Shown here: piece after piece, positions 1-13,465 of the stretch
Layout: every line of letters begins with the position of its first letter
How positions within the stretch are numbered: position 1 is the first letter of the stretch
NCBI RefSeq assembly: GCF_006345805.1
Contig: NC_043000.1
Coordinates: 50,344,001-50,408,000 of the forward strand
Direction: 5' to 3'
Length of the DNA stretch: 64,000 nucleotides
Origin: Octopus sinensis
Lineage: Eukaryota
Notes under the pieces: model-generated
The model's database searches: none
What the model was told of the DNA's origin: nothing
The model's input: only the letters and a program-made list of their open reading frames with translations
Program-made: the position numbers and the translations under genes

Positions 1-135
1 TCAAATTCTGCTGAGGTTGACTTTGCATTTCATCCTTTCGAGATTGATGAAAAGATGAACCACTTGTGCACTGGAGTCAATGAAATTGACCTGATCCCTC
101 CTTCCAAAATTTCAGGCCTTGTGCTTATAATAGAA
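1..135 (+). mobile_element. SINE fragment, family C (gactttgcctttcatcctttc...gataaa core), cut by window edge
   Basis: tcaaattctgctgaggttgactttgcatttcatcctttc matches the core of the complete copy at 59535-59767. Confidence 0.8.
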
Positions 136-474
136 AGGATTATTTCATGAGAGGATATTTTAATACTTTCTTGGAATACTTTTGAAAGAGACCTGTTTCA
201 AATAGTTTCTAGCAATATTGCTTTTTATTACATTATTACTATTGTCACCACTGCAACACTACCACTACTTCCATTACCATTATTATTCTCAGTTCTTTGT
301 CATCTTAATTAAAATTGTCTTGTTTGTAATTGTCTGTAAATTCAGATGAGGTAACATACAAAAATAAGTTGGAAGTAATGTTTCAATGGAAATATCAAGA
401 ATAAATTTATTTCTATGATTTTCCAACATTATAGATATCGTAAGCAGCAATTTGAAACAGAAAAGAGAAACTAA

Positions 475-575
475 TTCAATGTTGGGACATTAAGGAACCA
501 ACACAGTGTCGGGACACTAAGGAACCAAATGGGACACTAAGGAACCAACCCAATGATGGGACAGTAAAGAACTAA
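475..575. repeat. ~27-bp minisatellite, 4 copies of gggacactaaggaaccaa
   Basis: Copies at 484, 511, 531 and 558, with similar 9-nt linkers; one linker is shortened to 2 nt. Confidence 0.85.
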
Positions 576-934
576 AGTTCAGCAGCCAACCATGTTACCC
601 TGATTAGAAAAAAAATTGAATAATTGAATATTTTGAAGAAAAATAGAAATTTTTGATGAAGATTACTGAAAAATATTGGATTATGCAAATTCATAATTAT
701 GTAAAAATAATTTTTTTTGACATTTTTCTCTTTCAACATTGTCACTACCATCACCATCACCATTCTCATAATCCTCTCTGTTATCATTATTCAGCTGCAA
801 TAGCAGGTGGCTGCACTCTTCAAACTAGTTGCAGTATTCATAATCAATTGTGGTCCTGTGATTGGATGATTAGTTCTAGCTATTAACATATTTGAATCCT
901 TAAATGGAATATAAACTCAGAATACGAAGTACCA

Positions 935-1115
935 GAACACACTTGTAAGACATCCTAAAATTCCCACAATCTGCTACTATGATTTGGTCTTTTATTTATC
1001 ATCACTGAAAAAATGAAAGTTGACTTCAGCAGGATTTGAATTTCGGCCCAGACAGACAGTCAGATCTAATACTGCAAGGGGCATTCTGTTTGATGTTCGA
1101 ACAACTCTGTTAATT
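935..1115 (-). mobile_element. Degenerate SINE family C
   Basis: atgaaagttgacttcagcaggatttgaa is the reverse complement of the family C core. Confidence 0.65.
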
Positions 1116-1439
1116 CACTGCCTGCTAATGAAACTCATGTAGCACTTTATAAAGTACCATGTTGGAATTTATACATTAGTGTTACTTTGTTCTATAGAAG
1201 ATGAAACAAATTGTTTTAGCTTTTGGACTTCATAATAAATTAGCTTACAATGATTGTCTGTGTAATCTAACTGCAGAAAATGAGAAATGAGCCTTGTTGA
1301 CCCTCTAGTAGACCAGAACAATGATATAACAAGAAAACAATAGGCTTTGGGACCTTTTTTTCTCATTGTTGTCTACTGTGCACATCATCTGGGTACTGAC
1401 TTATTAGAGAATGAATAGTGTGTCGTCATCATCTTAACA

Positions 1440-1560
1440 CCTACTTTTCCATGTTTGCATGAATCAAATGGACTTTATTGAGGCAGATTTTCTATGGTCA
1501 AATACCTTTCTTGTTGTTAACTCTCACCTGTTTCCAAATATGAAGAGCATTTTATGGAGA
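1440..1560 (-). mobile_element. Fragment of SINE with RTE-like tail
   Basis: ttttccatgtttgcatg...gaggcagattttcta...ctctcacctgtttcca is the reverse complement of the tail seen at 5500-5640 and 45825-46000. Confidence 0.65.
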
Positions 1561-1700
1561 AAAGAATTACATACAGGGAGAGCATTACCAGTGATAAAGC
1601 CATTGCTGATGTATATGTCCAAAAGGACACACTTCTGCATCATCAATGATGTTCTCACTGGTAATGCTTTCCCTGTAAATTTGAAAAATGTAATTCTTTT
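1560..1700. repeat. Foldback hairpin / possible TA-flanked MITE
   Basis: 1572-1594 and 1655-1677 are inverted (22/23). Outer inverted repeat 1560-1571 / 1689-1700 (12/12); inner 11-bp (10/11) and 5-bp stems. Confidence 0.85.
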
Positions 1701-2954
1701 TACCCAAATAAATTGCACTTCATATTCAAGGTTCTGATGAAGCTATTGGATCTTATCCTACCAATTAAACTAAGAGTCTAGTCGGTCTTAGAGAAGAAAC
1801 AGCTGTAAGCTAATGAAGTTCATAGCATAACCTTTGTTTTTCCTGCCTTATCTCTTATTTGTATATATATGTGTGTGTGTGTGTCTATCTATCTATCTAT
1901 CTGTGTGTGTATGTATGTATATATATATATATATATATATAAATTATTGTTGATCAAGGCTATAGTAGAAAAAACTTGCCCAAGATTATAGTGGAGATCC
2001 TTATAGAAAACAGTGCCCCTGCTATAGTTGGTGAACTTAGCTATTCTACTAATGGGACAAAATATGTGGCTTTAATACCTCTATCATGTTTCCCTGAAAC
2101 AAGTGCAAGTTTTAGACAGTAGATACAATAATGATGAATTCAAATATTTTTAGGTACAATTCTTGGCAACTGTCTTGCTCTTTTTTTATTTCACATACAA
2201 TTGAAATAAATGTCGATATGAAGTTAAATTATGCAGTAACATATTTTAGATGTTCATTAATTTAATCTAGTAGATATGAGCAAGTTATATTGCCAGGGTC
2301 AGCTTTGCTTTCATCTTTCTGGAATCGATAGAACAAATACTTGTCAAGCATTGAGGAAGGGATCGATTGACTGTACTACTTCACTGATATGTGTGACCAT
2401 CTGCCAGTGTGTTAGAACTCATTATTAACATGCAGAAAGGGTTTCTGTAATCAAGTTTTTTTCCACGCAATGTTTTTTTTTCTTCTTTATATTTTTAATT
2501 CTATTGAATTGTTGAGTAAGGGAGACATATTTTCCATAACTATGCCATCACTTGCTACTTGATACTGTGTAATTTGGTTAATCAGATGTAATCAATGTTG
2601 CATGACAATTGGCCATAATGCTGAAAAATCACCAATGAAATTATTTTTAATGGGAGACAGGAAACATTAAGATATAGAGATTAGCTTATGCTGATTGTGT
2701 GAAGTAATTCCAAGAGAGTACATGAAAACCTACTATCAGTGTATCAGTTAAGTGGCAACATCTTCAAGAGATATTTTCTTTCATTAAATTGAATGAAATC
2801 TGTAGCTGAATAGTATTAAACCTTTAAAAATACAAATAGTAGGCTCTAAATATTGGTATAATTTCCATTAGATCTTAACATTTTTGATTAAATTAGTTTT
2901 CATTTAATTTTTTATCGTCATATATTACTCTTTTTTTTTTTTTGTTATGAAAAT

Positions 2955-3170
2955 GGATCAGATTACTCTGCCAAATGTAATACTTATTTATTCAAATTGT
3001 TTTGACTTAACCATGCATTATTTCGTAGCCTCGAGATTTCAAAGATGGGATTGCTTATTTTTTTAATGACATTGTAGGGTAGGAATGAGAGGTGGGATCT
3101 AGCTGATTTGAATATGAAACATGTACAATATTTGGGCTAGATATGGCTGTTTTAAATGCTAAAGGTTTAA
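2955..3170 (-). mobile_element. TTAA-type (piggyBac-like) MITE, family D
   Basis: Ends in aaatgctaaaggtttaa; the body is the reverse complement of the copies at 9226 and 45019. Confidence 0.75.
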
Positions 3171-5342
3171 CCTGAAAAATACTTCACGATATATCATTAT
3201 TCTGACTTCAGATTTTCCTACTGTTTAACTTTTTTTTTTTTATTTATCTAGGCTTTGAAATACATGTTTGCTATATATATTAGAGTTGGGTTATTTGTCT
3301 TTCATGCTCCTGGTAGATAGAGAAAAAGGAACTTTTTTTCATAAATGAAAAAAATGTTATTTTTCATTCATGATAGTAATAATTGTTCTGTCTAGTGAAG
3401 CTAACAAATAGAAATATATTGGACGCCATTTTTATGAGCTGTTACAGATCTGCATTTTTCTTGCATTTGTTAAAATTTTGATTACTTAAATTGCTTCTTT
3501 GTTAACTCTTTCACTGTTTGTTCTTTCCTTTAGCTATTTTATTACTTCTTATGATATCAGATTGTTCAACATTGACTGATGTTTTGGCCATATGTCTCTG
3601 GAGAGATTCTATTTTAGTCTCTATTGATTAATGATTGATTCTTTATTCTTTATTCAGCTATTACTACATTTTTGTTATTACCATTATTGAATAATTTACA
3701 TAGATCATAGATATATTTTGGGATCTGAGGAAAATAGTTCACCTTGTACTCCCTGTCAGTTCATATAACTTGTTTCAGTAAAGTAATTAAATGATTTCTT
3801 CAAAAAGCCAGATATGCCAATTAATCTCAAAATTATGTTCAACAAATTTTGCTCATTGAACTCGGATGTTTTTGCGGACTATGTCCAAAATTAGAAAACA
3901 AAACCCAAAATAAACAAAAAAGAGGCTTTATTGAAGTGAATACTTATTACTCGCTGGTTACAAAATAGTTTCTATGCAGTAATTGAACTTTGTCCTTCAT
4001 ATAAGGAAATATGTTGCCTTTTTGTCTAGACTGCAGCATCTGAATTAGAGTTTCTACCATTTCTCTTTAAGAAATTTTGGTTAATTTTGCTTCTTTTCTT
4101 TCTGAGGAATTAAGACTTTTGTATATTATAGTTTAATTTTTTTTTTATTTAATGAGTTTTAATATTAAAATATTGTTCACATTAAAAACAAAAATTATTA
4201 TTTTTACAGGTGAATTATTCTTCAAACTAAGGGTCTGAAGAATGTACATAGGTTTTAGTAATTCTTATAAATACTCTAAAATGCATATAACTACTATGAA
4301 GAGAATCAACATTTTGTCTTTTGTGGTGAAGATGGAAAAAAATCATACTATGCCTTTTCTTATCTGGCTATCAATTTTATTTTTAGTTTGATCTTTAAAC
4401 TACTGTTGACATTTCAACTTAACTTTTCTATCTTTTAAAGTTTTATAAATCTGGAAAGTTTCAATTGTTTACCTAGTTAAATTATATTGCCTGCTTGTCT
4501 ATCATTCCTAAAATAAATTTGTTTTAACTTTATACTGTTGGAATAAATTTCATTAGTGTACTTGTGAAAATTCAGTTTGATGAGCATTTGGATCTGCTAT
4601 TATATCAAAGATATTCTTTGTGAGATATTACAGTAACAAAATGACAAGCTCTTACCTTTATTCTTTGTTTAACTTTTATTTAATACATGTTAGTCTTTAA
4701 CTGATATAAAAATAAGTAGCAAAAGAAGAGTTTGGAAAAGCAGTGGATAACTTCTTTGAATTTTGTTAGAATTCTTTATAGCTATTTTCATTTTGTCTTT
4801 TTCTGTATTCTGCATTTTGTTCTCAGAAAAGTTGATTTCACATTTTATACATATTGGGGATTTAGAAAAAAATATGTACTAATAGTTTGCAGTTCTTATT
4901 CAACTATCTGTAATTCCTCTTTACCAATTATTAACTTAGTAGAAATGTAAGAAATCTCTATTAGTTTTATTAGTGTTTTCCTCATTATGATCTAATTTCT
5001 TCATTAATAATTCAATAACAAAAATGTATTTTCTTAAACATCAATCCCTAAAATTTTTCAGATGTAATGTTTGTGTATGTATGTATGTATAGGTGTGTGT
5101 GTGCGTATGTGTGTCTGTATGTGTGTGTGTGTGTACATTATGGATTCAAACTATATTACAGCTGCGTGTGGCCAATGCAAAGAATGGAAATACTGTAGCA
5201 TCATTTTGCCTGACAATCAGTGCAACTCTCAGTAATAGAAATGGTGTCTTAGTGTAAAAGCAAAAACATAATCTCACCCATCTTAGCATGGAAAAATTAA
5301 TGTAAAGAATCACACACACACACACACACATTATAGGTACAG

Positions 5343-5645
5343 ATATGGCTATGTGGGAAAGAAGCTTGCTTCCTAACCATGTGCCCTTCAGTTCAGTTCC
5401 CATGTGTGGAACTTTAGGATAACCAAACCACTATAAGTTGATTTGGTAGATGGAAACTACCACTGTGTATATATATGTGTATGTGTGTTTGTGTGAAAAA
5501 TGTGTCTGGCCATGAGGAAAATTTCCCTTTCCTGGAAACAGGTGAAGGTTGGCAGCAGGAAGGGCATCTGGCTGTAGAAAATCTACCTCAACAAATTCCG
5601 TCTGATCATGCAATTATGGAAAAGTGGATTTTCAAGAATGAGGAT
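5343..5645 (+). mobile_element. Degenerate composite SINE: family A head, (TG)n, RTE-like tail
   Basis: Head ggctatgtgggaaagaagcttgcttcctaacc...gatttggtagatggaaact; tail ggaaacaggtgaaggttggcagcaggaagggcatctggctgtagaaaat...catggaaaagtgga. Confidence 0.7.
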
Positions 5646-6690
5646 GTAAATAAAGAAATAAGTGTGTGGTTTGATAAATATGAGTTTATATGTGTGTGTA
5701 TTTTTATATCTCTAAATATGGAAGTAAAACTGTCTTCTTATTTGACTTAACTAACTAAGAAGTAGTGCTACATGTGGTTCATGGATGGTTGTGAGTAACT
5801 ATTCAAACGTATAAAAATATATATAAACAGCTAGTTTTGCAGAAATCATTTCATCCAAGAAAGGAAAAATTAATAATTGCTAGAGGAAAAGAGCATACTG
5901 TGTACTTTATCAATACTCTATCTGAAAAGTAAATTCTATAACAGTGAAGCTAAGACAGCTACTTAGCAAGTTCTTCAAATATTCTTTTGGATTTCATCCA
6001 AATAACAATGAGCTAAGCTGTAGCATAATGTCTTGTATATTCAAACTAAATCTCAAATTTCATTGTCATGCCAAAATGGCTGACATTGTCTGCTGAACTT
6101 ATGGCAGACTCATACATTGATTAAAAATGAACAAAAAAAGTGTTTTTTACTTCATTAATTGTTTTATATTGTCTTTAGTTTTATTTATGGATTTCAGAGA
6201 TTACTATTGTTATTATTATATATATTTTGTACATCTTTTTGGCTGCTTTTGAAATTATTTTACTATGTTATTTATATCCTTAAAGACCAGGTGTGTGCAG
6301 TGTTTGCCATGCAATTTTAACTTTATCAGAGTATTATTTTCATAGATTGTACACATTATTAGACTTTTTTCTGTATTGTTCTTGAAAATTTTTAAATAAG
6401 AAGATTGTACTTACTTGTACCTGCATTTCTGTATATTTCTGAAGTTGACAATATCATGTATGAAATATTAGAATTCTCTGTCTGGAGTCTATCACAATAG
6501 GTATTCTGAAGTTTATAGGCTAAATCTGATACATAAGCACAAAGAATCAAATCCAGTGTCCAAAGATAAAACAGAAACCTGCTGTGATATGAAACAAGAT
6601 TTATTGCAGAATAACTAATGACATTATTTAGTTATATTGTATCCCCTTCCTTTTGAAGATACTTTTTCTTATTGACTTTTGGCATTTTTC

Positions 6691-6692
<2 letters not shown>

Positions 6693-6721
<29 letters not shown>

Positions 6722-7095
6722 GTTTAACGTTCGTTTTCCATGCTAGCATGGGTTGGACGGTTCGACCGGGGTCTGGGAAGCCAGGAGGCTGCACCAGGCT
6801 CCAGTCTGATCTGGCAGTGTTTCTACAGATGGATGCTCTTCCTAACGCCAACCACTCTGTGAATGTAGTGAGTGCTTTTTACATGCCACCAGCACAGGTA
6901 CCAGGCGAGGGTGGCGATGGCCACGATTGGTTGGTGCTTTTTATGTGCCACCGGCGCAGAAGCCAGTCAAAGCGGCACTGGCATCAGCCATGTTTGGATG
7001 GTGCATTTTACGTGCCACCAGCACAGGTATCACAACTACAATTTCCATTTGATGTTTTGATGTTGATGTTGACTCAATAGGTCTCCTCAAGCACA
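6693..7095 (-). mobile_element. SINE family B with (ATG)n tail and three internal ~62-67-bp tandem units
   Basis: (cat)n followed by cgtttaacgttcgttttccatgctagcatggg; the gtgcttttt-a-c/t-gtgccacc-type unit recurs at 6872, 6934 and 7001; near-identical 3' part at 17043-17177. Confidence 0.85.
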
Positions 7096-7137
<42 letters not shown>

Positions 7138-8877
7138 ACATCGTTTTATTATATTGAAAATAAGAATGAAACATAATATTCTGGACTGGACAATTTGAGA
7201 ATTTACTAATATATATTAATAGATGTTAAGAAATTTATATATTGAATGATATTAAGATCAGTTTTAATGAAAATGCTTTTCTGCATGAGTAATATGTTAC
7301 AGATTAAACTATGCTCAAGATTTCTAAAAAGAATGAAATAATGCTATACATAATTATCACCAACTAGAAATTGTAAAAACTTCAAAGCATAAAAAAAAAA
7401 AAATAAATATGTGAACTCTAAGGATCTTCCTTATATTCCTTAATTTTGGATTCAAATTTTGCCTAATGTTGTGAGGGGTTTATTATCTCCCTTGTGCTAA
7501 TGTCAATAAGCAGAGGGTGCCACATGTATATTTATTGTTCAACATCACCTTCCTCCTGATATGATAGGAATATTTATGGTGTTAATTTATTTGACTATGG
7601 CAGGATCTGAACTGCAAGAAGTTGATGCTAGTTTTTAGTTTCTAAAACTTTGATTATACTTTCATTGCCAGTGCATGAAACTGTAATTTATTAATTGTAA
7701 AATAATAGAAACAATATGGCCAAGTGGATAAAGTATTCAAATACTTAGTCATAAGATGTGAATTAAAATATGCTGCAGTCATTTTGTTCCTACATAAAAT
7801 GACTTCTTATTCATCCCTTCAATATATGTACCTTTTGTTAAGAGGTATCATTCATCTGATCTGAGAATGTTGCCAATGAAAGAAAGTTCAATCTTGGAAA
7901 TTCATTTGTTTAGAAAGCCTTTAAAATCTTTTGGGGGTTAAGGACTCATTTACATTCTACAATTGAAGAATAGAGATAAACTTCTACAAAATGAGTGATT
8001 TTGTCAACTCCTCTAAGAACATTGTGGTTTTGTTTATATTGATGATTATTTTTTTTGTGATTTTATTAGTGTGACTATAAGGAATAAATATCAATGCTAT
8101 TTACATATAAATTAGAAACCCACACTATTTCAATTCTGCGTAAAATATACCTGATAAGCTACATTCCTCATTTCTTCTTCCTGATACATTTGTGGTTCTG
8201 AATTCTTTCTTAAATTTGCTTTTTTATTATTTTTTATTTGTCTTTTTTCTAAGTAATTCTTTTCTTCTTGGACTTTCTTGTCTTTTATAGATGACTTTGA
8301 CTTTCATATATCTTGGGTTTGGAAATAAGTACCATGCATGTACATGGATCAATTTTATTTATTATAGCTCTAATATATTCCTACCTTTTATAATTTATGG
8401 CCTTGTACCATCAGGAGAAATCATTAATTTTGTATGCCATCATTGTATGACAAAGTGCAACTCCATGCACAAAAGTTATGTTCACTATAGTGAGCAACAG
8501 CAATCTAGTTATGTATATGTAGTTCTTAGTGATATATTTTATTTATGTGTATGACCTGGGATTTTGGTTATAATTGATGGTATCTGTTTTATTCTTCTCA
8601 ATGTCCGTATGGGAACTGTTGCTGTCTTCAGTCGCTAGATTCTGGATATATCTATTTTCATATCTTGATATCTGGATAATTTATTCAGTTACTCAAGAGG
8701 TAAGTTGTTTGCTGGAATTTATATCAGGTTATGTGGAAAAATTCTTTTTTCTCTCTGATCTTTGGCTATCATGTTAAGGTGATTTACCAATATTTCTTTC
8801 AATAAAAAAACTGGTATGTCCTGTTATATGCTAACAATGTTATTTTCCATCATATTTTATGGTGTGTACTTACAATG

Positions 8878-8920
<43 letters not shown>

Positions 8921-9221
8921 CCTGAATTTGAAAATATTAACAACTTCCAATGTGTGTAATATATCATGAAATTTGACTTGTCTATACATTTAATTTGTTT
9001 TGGCTCAAACTGGGTAACCATGAACAATAAGATTGATTGTTTCTAAAAAAAATACTGCTATTCTTCTTGTATATTCTTCATCATCATAATATTTTGGTAG
9101 CTAAGAAGATTTTGTTCTGTTTCTGTGATGAAAGGCCTCTAATTTAGACTTTGACTTTGCTGGTGTTTGTGTTCTTACTTGATCTGTATCTCTTTAATTT
9201 GATAGGCTGGTTTTCATCTAT

Positions 9222-9433
9222 TTAACCCTGTAGCATTTAAACTGGCTGTATCTGACAAGATATTTTACCTGTTTTATGATGAAAGTTGCCAGATCCAGCC
9301 TTTCACATTTACCTTACAATGTCATTCTTACCACTCATCAAAATTTTGAAGCTATAAGATAATGCATAGTGAATTCAAAACAATGTGAATAAATAAGCAG
9401 TAAATTTGACAGCATAATCTGAATGTTAAAAGT
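9222..9433 (+). mobile_element. TTAA-type MITE, family D
   Basis: Starts ttaaccctgtagcatttaaa; ends in a degenerate atgttaaaagttt; colinear with 45015-45228. Confidence 0.8.
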
Positions 9434-10369
9434 TTTGTATGCCATCATTTTAGTATGGAAATTTGAGGTTCTAAATTGAAATTTCTATTATTTTGCATAA
9501 AGAAAATTATCCCCTTATATTCTGAAATGAAAACTTGCCATTGTTGACTTTAATTTTCTAGGACTGTTAAATATAATTCTCCCAAAATATTTGACCTTGT
9601 GACTGTCAGAAATTATTAGTGTTGGATGGCACTGGAAGAAATGTCTTTTTGATATTTAGTTTTGTTCCTTTATGGTTTGAGTTCAAATCATACTGGGGTT
9701 GACTGTCCCTTTTAACCTTCTGATAGTAATCAAATAAAGTACTGTAGTTGTTTTAATGAATTGTTCTGTAACAAACACCTCATGATTATTGTTATAATCA
9801 TGTATCACCTGTCATGTGAGAAATTTATTTCAAGATTTAGGCTTGTTTTCATTCTCTACATATACTTTGCAGTCTGAAAATAGCACATGTGATATCATCT
9901 AGGGACACTATCATGAGATACAACCTTTAGATGAAAGGAAGAGAAATTGGCAGCCTTATGTGAGAAAATTATACTTTCCTACTGAAAGCTGCTGCACCAA
10001 TGGGAAAGTGAAAGTAGGCAACATATCTGTGCATTACTAAAGACATGATGTTGCAGATGTTGTTGAAAGTGAAGGCAAAGAGACAAGTTCAGTTAGTGCT
10101 ATCACATGTGAGCTTGTAGCTGATTTCACTGTATCTGAGCAAAAATACCCCGAAAACCATGAGTGTCACGATAAGATACAAGAGCGATGACATTCACACC
10201 TGACTAATGACCAATTTTGTAGAAATGCATGAGCATGTGGTTAGTGATAATACGTAGTCAGGTTGCGGAGTCTTTACAGACATACAAGTCCTCTTGCCCT
10301 ATCCCCCACCAGACTATAGAATAATCTAAGTATTGTGTCCTGTGGTAGGACCTGAGAGATAGGCAATGA

Positions 10370-10660
10370 TTGATCTTTCATGATAGAAATTCGACTCTGA
10401 TTATTCAGAGTAGAATTTTAGTACAAAGCCAACAATTTTAACTGGAGAGGGTAAATCAGTTTCATTGTCCTCAGTACCAAACTTATTTTATTAACCCCTG
10501 AGAGAATGAAAGGCAAAGTTTACCATGGCAGCATTTGAACTCTTGCCTTTCTTCCTTGTGGAGTTGATAAAATGAGCAATAAAACTAGTTAAGTACTGGG
10601 GTTGATATAATCATTCTCCTCACCCATAAATTTCTAGCTTATGTTAGAAACATTTATCAG
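10370..10660. mobile_element. Two family C SINE pieces joined head-to-head (minus then plus)
   Basis: gaatgaaaggcaaagttt...gcatttgaactc (minus) directly abuts ttgcctttcttccttgtggagttgataaaatgag (plus) at about 10540. Confidence 0.7.
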
Positions 10661-12059
10661 TTGCACTCATCAAGAAATTATTATTATTATTATTATTATT
10701 ATTATTGATGCAATACAGAAACAATAGCAAATATTATTATAAACTTTGTCTGATATCAGGACTTTGTAATGTCTTTGTATTATAGCAAAGGAGTTGTAAG
10801 TCTCTGTGCCATGAGATAAGAAATTAATACTATTAATGATGTGGGGGTGGAGACTTCATTGAGGCTGAAACTTTTACTTTTGTTATTTTCAGGTCAATTA
10901 AAGCTTACACAAAGCATAACTACTCTACCGATTCTAATGACATTTCTTATTTAGTCTGTGTGTTTTCAGACGTAATATACATTTAAGATTTATCAATTTA
11001 AGTTATGGCCACAGGAACAGTGTATGAGAGGCTTATTTTGCAATCCTATGATTTTGAAATCTGTTCCACTTAGTGGCAGCTTGGAAAAGAGTCTTCTACT
11101 GTACACAATCATTGACTGATAACTTGTGGGTGGAAGTTTAGTCAGTGGAAACTGCATAGAAGCCAATTGTGTGTGTGTGTGTGTGCATACATGTCTACAT
11201 GTATATTAGTATCTATATGGTAAGAAAATTAATAAATCTATACATTCCAGCAAATATATTTAAATTTTGTCTGGTATCCATTCCTTCTGAGTTGCACAGA
11301 CATCCGCTTCTTGCTCTTGCCATTTGAAATTCAATGAGCCAGGGATTGGTCTACTGGAAACCTGCTGCCAATGATGGTATTTGTTCAGTTGAGCTAATTT
11401 TCATTTCAATGTATCATATCACAACTCTATAAAAGATCCAGTGCTCTTACCTATTATGCTATTGAGAAGTAATACTACTTGACTATAGTCTAGTGGGTAA
11501 CAGTGTTGAAGCTTTTGTGAAATATGAATGTCCACTATTTCAAACCTATCCCAAACATTTTCATACATATTGTAAATATTATGATTTTTCAGGAGGTAAA
11601 AAAGCCTAAACAATTTGAAAATGGGTTATGGAAAAAAACTGTTAGCAATTTGAGAAAAATTTTCTCTGCAATTAATAGTTCAGCTAATAAAAACAAAAGT
11701 ACCTTTGTGGTAATTCAACTTGCTAGAAACAGAAATAAGCCAAATCTTCATACCACACCATACTATTTTCAAAAGAAGGATACATAGGATAATATAGTTT
11801 TCAATCAATTATATTTGAAAAAAAAACAAAGGAATGCCTTTAGTTATGCTTGATCGGGACTGATCTGAAGATTAACAACAATGAATCATTATAAAATATT
11901 TAAGCCTATAATCTGATCAAATAATTTAATGGAAAAATATAAAATTATGTTTTACCATTTAGCTTATGTGATTAAGAAAATTTTTTATCCGTATGTTTCC
12001 ACCTATTTGTTTTTTCATATCACTCATTCCTTCACCTTACATCTTTCACATAGTGCATC

Positions 12060-12418
12060 TTTTACCTTGTTTCAGTTATTGGACTGTGGCGATGCTGGAG
12101 CACTGCCTTAAAGGGTTTAGTTGTACAAATCAACTCCAGTAATTATTATTAAGTCTCGTACTTATTCTATCTGTCCCCTTTTGTCAAATTGCTAAGTTAC
12201 AGTCACATAATTAAACAAACACCAGTTGTCAAGTAATGTTGTGGAGATACCCACATGCACACACACACACACAAACACATACATGCATGGCAGGCTTTCA
12301 TTAGATTTCCATCTGCATATTTACTTATAAAGCATTGGTTGGCCTAGGGCTGTAGTTGAAGAAGCTTGTCTAAGTTGCTGCACAGTTGGACTGATCCCCA
12401 AACCATTGGGTTGCACAG
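12060..12418 (-). mobile_element. Degenerate SINE family A
   Basis: ttgtttcagttattggactgtggcgatgctggagcactgcc...(CA)n...ttggttggcctagggctgtagttgaaga; colinear with the reverse complement of 27959-28360. Confidence 0.75.
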
Positions 12419-12899
12419 TGATGTAGCCAGATAGACTAATCAAAGGTTATATTTCACTTTACCTTTCTATTTTGTTTTATCTGAAGAATTATTTTCCTTT
12501 CACTTTTCTGTAGATCTTCATGGATAGCAGCACAATATTTTCCAAACTGCTTCAAATGCAATAAATTAGTAAATGTAATTTACCAGCAATTCAGCTTGAG
12601 AGCTATAACCATGCCATGGCACCACCATTATTTAATATTATGGCAATATTTCTGTGATTTACTTTGTTCAAGTATAGGGGCAATAACCCCTATGTCCACT
12701 TCAACATTTTAAATGTTTGATGGAGTGGAAAAATGATTTAGAATGTTTTGTATAAGACCAGTACCTCTAGCATTTGGATGAAGGGTTTACCCATTAGACC
12801 TTTTCTTATTATCCTGTGGCAGTCCCAGAACTGAGAAGACATGTTTTCCAGGGCTTGTTTTAAACTTAAATTTTTTATAATTTTTACTAAATCTTATAT

Positions 12900-13465
12900 T
12901 TATGTTGGCCCATCTTCAGTTCTTTGAAAATATTCCACTTATTTCTTCTTCTGTTTCTTTCACCTTTCACTTTCCTTTTATTTTCTGTCATTAGTCTTTT
13001 TTGTGATACATCTTTTACAAATATACAAATTCTTTCTAGATTTGTATCTCCTCTTATATCCCTCTTTCACATACTCACCATTTTGTACTTTCCTTCTCTT
13101 TTACTTTATATTTGGATATTCTGTTCTGCATACGTCGACCAATGTCTTATACATTTCTACATGTCTATCATAGTAATATCTCTTAAAAATCCATCCATCC
13201 ATACATATGGACACAGATACAGTACAAAAATCATTTCATTTTCATTAATGTTCTGTTTCGCTGTTCTTTTCTCTCTTTTAATCTCTTACATTAAAATATA
13301 TATTCTCTTTTTTTCTCTTTGCCATTATGTTTTGTCTCTCACACATTTCATTCTCCTCTACTCTCTTATTTTCCACTTACTGTATCTGTTGGTGATGATT
13401 AGATTTGATTTCTTCCCTTGTTTATGATTTCTCTCTTTTATTTTGTTTCCTTTTGTTTCTTTTTC
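12900..13465. repeat. Pyrimidine-rich low-complexity tract
   Basis: T/C-dominated sequence; produces the compositional 167-aa F/L/S/I ORF. Confidence 0.7.

Noticed and set aside
484-575. CRISPR-like repeat-spacer pattern
   Set aside because: Eukaryotic context; repeats of 18 nt with 2-9-nt linkers that resemble each other; no cas genes. It is a minisatellite.
8300-8777. GPCR-like hydrophobic readings on both strands
   Set aside because: Multiple stops in every frame and no diagnostic motif at the right spacing.
12924-13427. Longest ORF (167 aa), hydrophobic
   Set aside because: Arises from a pyrimidine-rich tract (F/L/S/I/Y bias), starts at TTG, and has no recognisable motif.
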